NCBI GenBank assembly: GCA_964016885.1 | Contig: OZ024743.1 | Span: 88,908,001-88,972,000, forward strand | Source: Eledone cirrhosa | Taxonomy: Eukaryota | DNA length: 64,000 nucleotides | Direction: 5' to 3' | In this document: positions 53,942 through 64,000 of the stretch, piece by piece | Numbering within the stretch: position 1 is the stretch's first letter | Layout: each line of letters opens with the position of its first letter | Notes under the pieces: model-generated | Databases searched by the model: none | What the model saw: the letters and a program-made list of their open reading frames with translations, nothing else | Told to the model about the DNA's origin: nothing | Position numbers and translations under genes: made by a program

Positions 53942-54257
53942 ATGAGAAGAATGAATACTGCGTGGTTGCACATGGGTTACATATGATAAAAATAGTCCTT
54001 CATCAGTGATTTTCCAACCTTCATTGGTATTCCATCGCTTTAAAAATCATATACCTCCAGTTGGTGCGAGCAATAGCTAAATAAAGCTATTGGGACAAGT
54101 AAATCGCGTAAAGATACACACATATATGTATATGCGCATATATACTGATTTATATATACGCGAACACACCCACATACACACACACACGCCACACATATCC
54201 ACACACACACATACATACACAGTTACACCCCCTGGGTATATATATATATATATATAT

Positions 54258-55660
54258 ACATGTAAAAGGTAAACAGAAATAACAACACAATCGGTACAGT
54301 ATATGGAAGGTATATATTAGGTTAACGCTTGATATAGCAGGAAGAGGGTCTTAACGTTTCGGACGCTAGTCCTTCATCAGAAGAAAGAATGAGAAATAAA
54401 ATAGATTGAGGGGACGGGCGGGACGGAATTAGAAAAAATGTCTGTAGATAAAAATAGGAGGTCCCTTCATGTTGACATCTCTTGCAAAATTGTTGGTGCT
54501 GGCGTTTTGTGTATGATTTGTTTTTTTAGAAACGTGGATGATGGAGCGCGTCTACATGAAATGGAAAAAAATACCGTTTTGTAAAAAGAGCTATACTTGA
54601 GCACGTGCGTAAGCATGTGTTTGAGTGTGTGTGTGTGTGTGTGTGTGTTTGTGTGTGTGTCTGTGTGTGTGTTATTATAGGTTGTACGAAGCTAAGAAGA
54701 AATGTGTGTGTATATGTGAGTAAAAGAGTGTGTGTGTGTGCATGTAAGTACGAAGCTATGAGAAAAGTATGTTAATATAAGGGTGCGTATCGGCATGTAT
54801 TAGTTGTAAGAGAAAGCGATAGGAATCTAGGGGTGTGATAATGGACAGGGTATTAGAGAAATTGGGGAGGTGAGTTGAGTCCAAGAGGAGAATAGGACCC
54901 AAGGCGGTGAATCAGACTTTGTTCAGTCCTGGTGCGCGAGGCCTGTGATCCATGATGTAAAAGGACACCCAGGACTGAAACATGTAGGGAAGAATGACCA
55001 GGAGAACAGAAATGACGGGCGACAGGAGTATCCAGACCGAGTCGTATGTCCCTCAAATGTTCGGCAAAACGGTCCGCCATACGGCTTCCCGTTTGTTCGA
55101 TATATTAAGCCCCGCAAAGGGAACACCGGAGGGCATAGACAACGTGGGTGGATGTGCAGGTGAAGGAATGGCGGATACTGAAATACCCGTTAGGGCCTGT
55201 AAGAGTGGTGAGGGTGGAAATAAAGGGACAAGTGTTGCAGCGGGAACGGGAACAAGGATAAGAGCCGGGTGGAGTCATGGGAGAGGACGGAAAGGAACTG
55301 CCAACCAGGAAGTCGCGGAGGTTGCGGGCGCGCTTAAAAGCAGTAATGGGTGAGTTTGGAAAAAAGCGAGAAGTGACGGGGTCAAAAGAGAGGATACGGA
55401 AGGAACGGCGGATATGTCGCCGGAGTGGTAGGGTGATGGGGTGATAGGTGAGAGGGAAAAGAACACGGGTGTTGGGAGGGCGGGGGTGAGGTGAGAGGGC
55501 TGTGGTGCGGTCGGTTTCACCGGCGCGGGTGAGAGCAGCTTGGATGAAGGTGGGGGGATATCCACGCTGGATGAAGCAAGAAGCCATTCGAAGGGAATGG
55601 GTTTCAAAATCGTCGTCCTGGCTACAGAGTCGACGAAGACGGAGGAATTGGTAATAGGGT

Positions 55661-55665
<5 letters not shown>
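54258..55665 (-). mobile_element. PLE 3' portion (RT tail, Cys linker, GIY-YIG, 3' region)
   Basis: FIQRGYP, PCSRSRCNTC, FTCTSTHVVYALRCSLCG, RFAEHLRDI. Confidence 0.9.
54349..54384 (-). ncRNA. Minimal type-I HHR
   Basis: tctt CTGATGA a GGAC tagc GTCC GAA AC GTT aaga. Confidence 0.8.
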
Positions 55666-55756
<91 letters not shown>

Positions 55757-55843
55757 TATAAGGGAGAGGATTAGGAGTGTGTAACACTCCACTTATCCAA
55801 TAGGCAGTATAAGGTTAGCTCTATGTCTGAGGACAGAGCCGTA

Positions 55844-56051
55844 ATATAATTAACAACAAAGAACGCTTAGAGCATAGGTATATCTTTACTTGCTAACAGT
55901 GTTTCGTCCACACTATATTCTTCTGTCTTGGCTTTGTTATTGCTTGTGTAATATGTAATCACTCTTTATGCTCTGATGAGTCCCACTTATAGTGTGGACG
56001 AAACACTGTTAGCAAGTAAAGATATACCTATGCTCTAAGCGTTCTTTGTTG

Positions 56052-56061
<10 letters not shown>
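55844..56061 (+). repeat. Perfect 74-bp inverted repeat enclosing and overlapping an HHR
   Basis: 55844-55917 is the reverse complement of 55988-56061. Confidence 0.9.
55969..56014 (+). ncRNA. Minimal type-I HHR
   Basis: TGCT CTGATGA GTCCcAC ttatagt GTGGAC GAA ACAcT GTT AGCA. Confidence 0.8.
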
Positions 56062-56125
<64 letters not shown>

Positions 56126-56130
<5 letters not shown>

Positions 56131-56817
56131 ACGTTAAGTTTAATGTTCGGGAAAGTGAAAGTAAATTTTCTGACAAGTGAATTTGTTTGTTGTTTTTTTT
56201 TACAATGAAAGTTACGATACACACGCAATTGTATGGATTTCTTAAAATATATATATGTGTGAGTGTGTATATGTTTGTATATATGTGTGTACACTGTGAA
56301 TTTGTTTGTTTATTTACAACAGGTCTCTATAGTGATATGGTGTTAATTAGTATTGCGTGTGTGATTATTTTTTCTTATATATATATGTGTGGGTGTGTAT
56401 ATCTGTGTATATATATGTGTGTCTGTATGTATATATATATATGTGTGTTTGTATATATATATGTGTTTGTGTCATCATCATCGTTTTGTAATATCTTGCT
56501 ATTTAAAAACACACAATGTCATTATTTAAAAAAAAATTTTCCGTACACACAATGCACAAAAAAAGAAAAAGAAAAAATAATCACACACGCAATACTAATT
56601 AACACCATATCACTGTAGAGACCTGTTGTAAATAAACAAACAAATTCACAGTGTACACACATATATACAAACATATACACACCCACACATATATATATTT
56701 TAAGAAATCCATACAATTGCGTGTGTATCGTAACTTTCATTGTAAAAAAAAACATCAAACAAATTCACTTGTCAGAAAATTTACTTTCACTTTCCCGAAC
56801 GTTAAACTTAACGTATG

Positions 56818-56819
<2 letters not shown>
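56126..56819. repeat. ~250-bp inverted repeat (fold-back element) inside (TA)n
   Basis: 56126-56376 is a near-perfect reverse complement of 56569-56819. Confidence 0.9.
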
Positions 56820-59600
<2,781 letters not shown>

Positions 59601-59643
59601 ATCCAGGAACGAGACCTTAACGGTTCAAGTTTTACCTGGATAG

Positions 59644-59728
<85 letters not shown>

Positions 59729-59859
59729 ATAATTTTGATAGGTTTCGGCCAGTATTGGCGCAGGCCATATCTAACTTAATACCACCACCAATATGTATAT
59801 TATTATTCCTTCATATTCAGATTGATCTGCTGACATCAAAATCACCCTACAGAAGCATG

Positions 59860-60545
59860 TCATAATAAATGACCCAGGGTCCTTCAATAACTCTCAACCC
59901 CTATATTTGTAATACTTATCTCAAAATTCTGGCTGTTCCCAGGAGTGCAGCCTTTGCAGCCACTCAGTACACATTTCAATACCAGTCTTTGAAATCTAAT
60001 TTTGGATCCTCTTTGACACCAAGACCTCCAACAACTCATTGAACAACTTCTACCATATTCGATTCCCAAACTCACTTTATTTCATGTTTCAGAGTTTGAT
60101 TTTTTAAATCTTTTTCACCCTTATTTTCTACCATCTTGTCATCTCCAGATACTGCTATATCAACCAAGAGACAATGTCTTATTTCAAGATAAATGTCTTA
60201 TTTACTAGTTAGTATCAGATCAGGTCTTCTTGCTGTGATATTCATTGTATGTTGAAGTCCCATAACAGCTTAACACTTTAATTTTCTGGCATGGCCTTAG
60301 GCTTGTGTTCATAACATTTTTGGGATCTCTTGGACAATATACAATACAACATTATCATGTCTCTGTACTCCTTCTGTGCCAGTACACTACATACACTAAC
60401 TGTCAGATCACCATTTTTCCTGTTACTCCACACAATCTGCACAATGGAGACTCTCCAGTATGGTTAATGTTGAACTTCACATTGTTAGTTCATAATGCCT
60501 GTTCCTGGGTTTCACAGATCAAAGCTTCTGTTCCAGCCTTCAAGT
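59860..60545 (-). mobile_element. Decayed R2/R4-group (REL endonuclease) non-LTR retrotransposon 3' fragment
   Basis: Manual translation SPLCRLCG...VLAQKEY..RHDNV, LLWDFNIQ, RRPDLIL, CLLVDIAV. Confidence 0.65.
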
Positions 60546-61277
60546 CCTTTCAGGATTTGAACTCAGAACTTAGAGGGCCATAACAGAAAATTACAATGCA
60601 CTAATGATTCTGCCAATCTACCTTACTTACACTAGCTTAATGATGAGAAAGGTCGTTACATTACTAAATCTCTCCAAATTCTTGATTATTTAACTGAAAA
60701 TCATAAGCAATGTCTTTCATTAAAAATATGGTTGCGAAATGGTTAAATTACTTGTGGGAAATATTTATATTTAGGTAGAATTATTAGTGGAGCAGCTGTT
60801 ACTAACAGTTGTATGTGTTAAACAGAGTTATTAGAGCATGTGTGAGTGTGTGTTTGTCTAGGTGTATGTGTATATATGTATGTGTGTGTAAATATATATA
60901 TGTGTGAATGTATGTGTGTGTGTGCGTGAAAGTTTGAATGTATATATGTGTGAAAGAGAACATGTATGTATGTATGTATTTATGTATATATGCATGCGTG
61001 AATATATGCTTTTCTGTGAGATTTATTGAAGTTTCCTTTTGCAGATTTCAAGTCCACTATTAAAAAGTGATAAGAGTTTTTGTTGCTTTTTCTTTAGTCC
61101 ATACAGACCAATTTATTGAACAACAAAATACTCATCGTTGAAACTGATGGAGATCCACTCACTTTACTTGTGTTTGTTATCTTTCTTATTCAATTGTTTT
61201 AATTCAAAGAAACAAACTTCTATTGTTCAACTTTGAGTAACAAAAATGGCCATGTCATTTACTGAACTTAAGAAAAA

Positions 61278-64000
61278 TCTTTCATATTTCTACTGTTCCT
61301 CTTTCATATTTCTACTGTTCCTCTTACATATTTCTACTGTTCCTCTTTCATATTTCTACTGTTCCTCTTACATATTTCTACTGTTCCTCTTACATATTTC
61401 TACTGTTCCTCTTATATATTTCTACTGTTCCTCTTACATATTTCTACTGTTCCTCTTATATATTTCTACTGTTCCTCTTACATATTTCTACTGTTCCTCT
61501 TACATATTTCTACTGTTCCTCTTATATATTTCTACTGCTCCTCTTATATATTTCTACTGTTCCTCTTATATATTTCTACTGTTCCTTTTTCATATTTCTA
61601 CTGTTCCTCTTACATATTTCTACTGTTCCTCTTATATATTTCTACTCTTCCTCTTACATATTTCTACTGTTCCTCTTATATATTTCTACTGTTCCTCTTA
61701 TATATTTCTACTGTTCCTTTTTCATATTTCTACTGTTCCTCTTACATATTTCTACTGTTCCTCTTATATATTTCTACTGTTCCTCTTACATATTTCTACT
61801 GTTCCTCTTACATATTTCTACTGTTCCTCTTACATATTTCTACTGTTCCTTTTATATATTTCTACTGTTCCTCTTACATATTTCTACTGTTCCTCTTATA
61901 TATTTCTACAGTTCCTCTTACATATTTCTACTGTTCCTCTTATATATTTCTACTGTTCCTCTTATATATTTCTACTGTTCCTCTTATATATTTCTACTGT
62001 TCCTCTTACATATTTCTACTGTTCCTCTTATATATTTCTACTGTTCCTCTTACATATTTCTACTGTTCCTCTTTCATATTTCTACTGTTCCTCTTACATA
62101 TTTCTACTGTTCCTCTTACATATTTCTACTGTTCCTCTTACATATTTCTACTGTTCCTCTTACATATTTCTACTGTTCCTCTTATATATTTCTACTGTTC
62201 CTCTTACATATTTCTACTGTTCCTCTTACATATTTCTACTGTTCCTCTTACATATTTCTACTGTTCCTCTTACATATTTCTACTGTTCCTCTTACATATT
62301 TCTACTGTTCCTCTTACATATTTCTACTGTTCCTCTTATATATTTCTACTGTTCCTCTTACATATTTCTACTGTTCCTCTTATATATTTCTACTGTTCCT
62401 CTTACATATTTCTACTGTTCCTCTTACATATTTCTACTGTTCCTCTTACATATTTCTACTGTTCCTCTTATATATTTCTACTGTTCCTCTTACATATTTC
62501 TACTGTTCCTCTTATATATTTCTACTGTTCCTCTTACATATTTCTACTGTTCCTTTTATATATTTCTACTGTTCCTCTTACATATTTCTACTGTTCCTCT
62601 TATATATTTCTACTGTTCCTCTTACATATTTCTACTGTTCCTCTTACATATTTCTACTGTTCCTCTTATATATTTCTACTGTTCCTCTTACATATTTCTA
62701 CTGTTCCTCTTTCATATTTCTACTGTTCCTCTTATATATTTCTACTGTTCCTCTTACATATTTCTACTGTTCCTCTTATATATTTCTACTGTTCCTCTTA
62801 CATATTTCTACTGCTCCTCTTATATATTTCTACTGTTCCTCTTATATATTTCTACTGTTCCTCTTACATATTTCTACTGTTCCTCTTATATATTTCTACT
62901 GTTCCTCTTATATATTTCTACTGTTCCTCTTATATATTTCTACTGTTCCTCTTACATATTTCTACTGTTCCTCTTACATATTTCTACTGTTCCTCTTACA
63001 TATTTCTACTGTTCCTCTTATATATTTCTACTGTTCCTCTTACATATTTCTACTGTTCCTCTTATATATTTCTACTGTTCCTCTTACATATTTCTACTGT
63101 TCCTCTTATATATTTCTACTGTTCCTCTTACATATTTCTACTGTTCCTCTTACATATTTCTACTGTTCCTCTTATATATTTCTACTGTTCCTCTTACATA
63201 TTTCTACTGTTCCTCTTTCATATTTCTACTGTTCCTCTTATATATTTCTACTGTTCCTCTTACATATTTCTACTGTTCCTCTTATATATTTCTACTGTTC
63301 CTCTTACATATTTCTACTGCTCCTCTTATATATTTCTACTGTTCCTCTTATATATTTCTACTGTTCCTCTTATATATTTCTACTGTTCCTCTTACATATT
63401 TCTACTGTTACTCTTATATATTTCTACTGTTCCTCTTACATATTTCTACTGTTCCTCTTATATATTTCTACTGTTCCTCTTACATATTTCTACTGTTCCT
63501 CTTACATATTTCTACTGTTCCTCTTACATATTTCTACTGTTCCTCTTATATATTTCTACTGTTCCTCTTATATATTTCTACTGTTCCTCTTTCATATTTC
63601 TACTGTTCCTCTTATATATTTCTACTGTTCCTCTTACATATTTCTACTGTTCCTCTTACATATTTCTACTGTTCCTCTTATATATTTCTACTGTTCCTCT
63701 TACATATTTCTACTGCTCCTCTTATATATTTCTACTGTTCCTCTTATATATTTCTACTGTTCCTCTTACATATTTCTACTGTTCCTCTTATATATTTCTA
63801 CTGTTCCTCTTATATATTTCTACTGTTCCTCTTATATATTTCTACTGTTCCTCTTACATATTTCTACTGTTCCTCTTACATATTTCTACTGTTCCTCTTA
63901 CATATTTCTACTGTTCCTCTTATATATTTCTACTGTTCCTCTTACATATTTCTACTGTTCCTCTTATATATTTCTACTGTTCCTCTTACATATTTCTACT
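61278..64000. repeat. 22-bp satellite (TTTCTACTGTTCCTCTTAYATA)n, about 124 copies, running off the window end
   Basis: Seen directly; highly homogeneous. Confidence 0.98.

Noticed and set aside
53938-54040. CTGAYGA on minus in a repeat shared with 25521-25620
   Set aside because: No downstream GAAA; a type-II permutation does not place the triplet next to stem I
61278-64000. CRISPR-like array (also 30976-31165 and 12715-13230)
   Set aside because: Head-to-tail repeats without unique spacers, eukaryotic context, no cas genes

Overview
AT-rich, microsatellite-dense animal genomic DNA; the SINE and repeat landscape suggests an octopus or other coleoid cephalopod (inference). The only host gene is a TRIM2/TRIM3-like TRIM-NHL E3 ligase on + (coding exons 2886-5090 and 6103-6255). 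The rest is decayed transposable elements: tRNA-derived SINEs, RTE/CR1/CRE/R4-like LINE fragments, hAT/piggyBac/mariner elements and MITEs, three degenerate tRNA-Leu copies and a terminal 22-bp satellite. From about 25 kb to 60 kb there is a dense pile of Penelope-like elements (PLEs, RT plus GIY-YIG) and non-coding derivatives, nearly all embedded in (TA)n tracts. Reading both strands by eye I find 13 type-I hammerhead ribozyme (HHR) motifs, intact or decayed, from about 7 sequence families. They include a non-coding retrozyme-like element with two HHR-bearing direct repeats (44204-46081), a pair of HHRs with a ~105-nt stem II domain in inverted terminal repeats, and tiny fold-back HHR elements. 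A similarly built tandem element (37373-38229) has a structured repeat but no recognisable HHR. All structure calls are manual; none were computed or tested.
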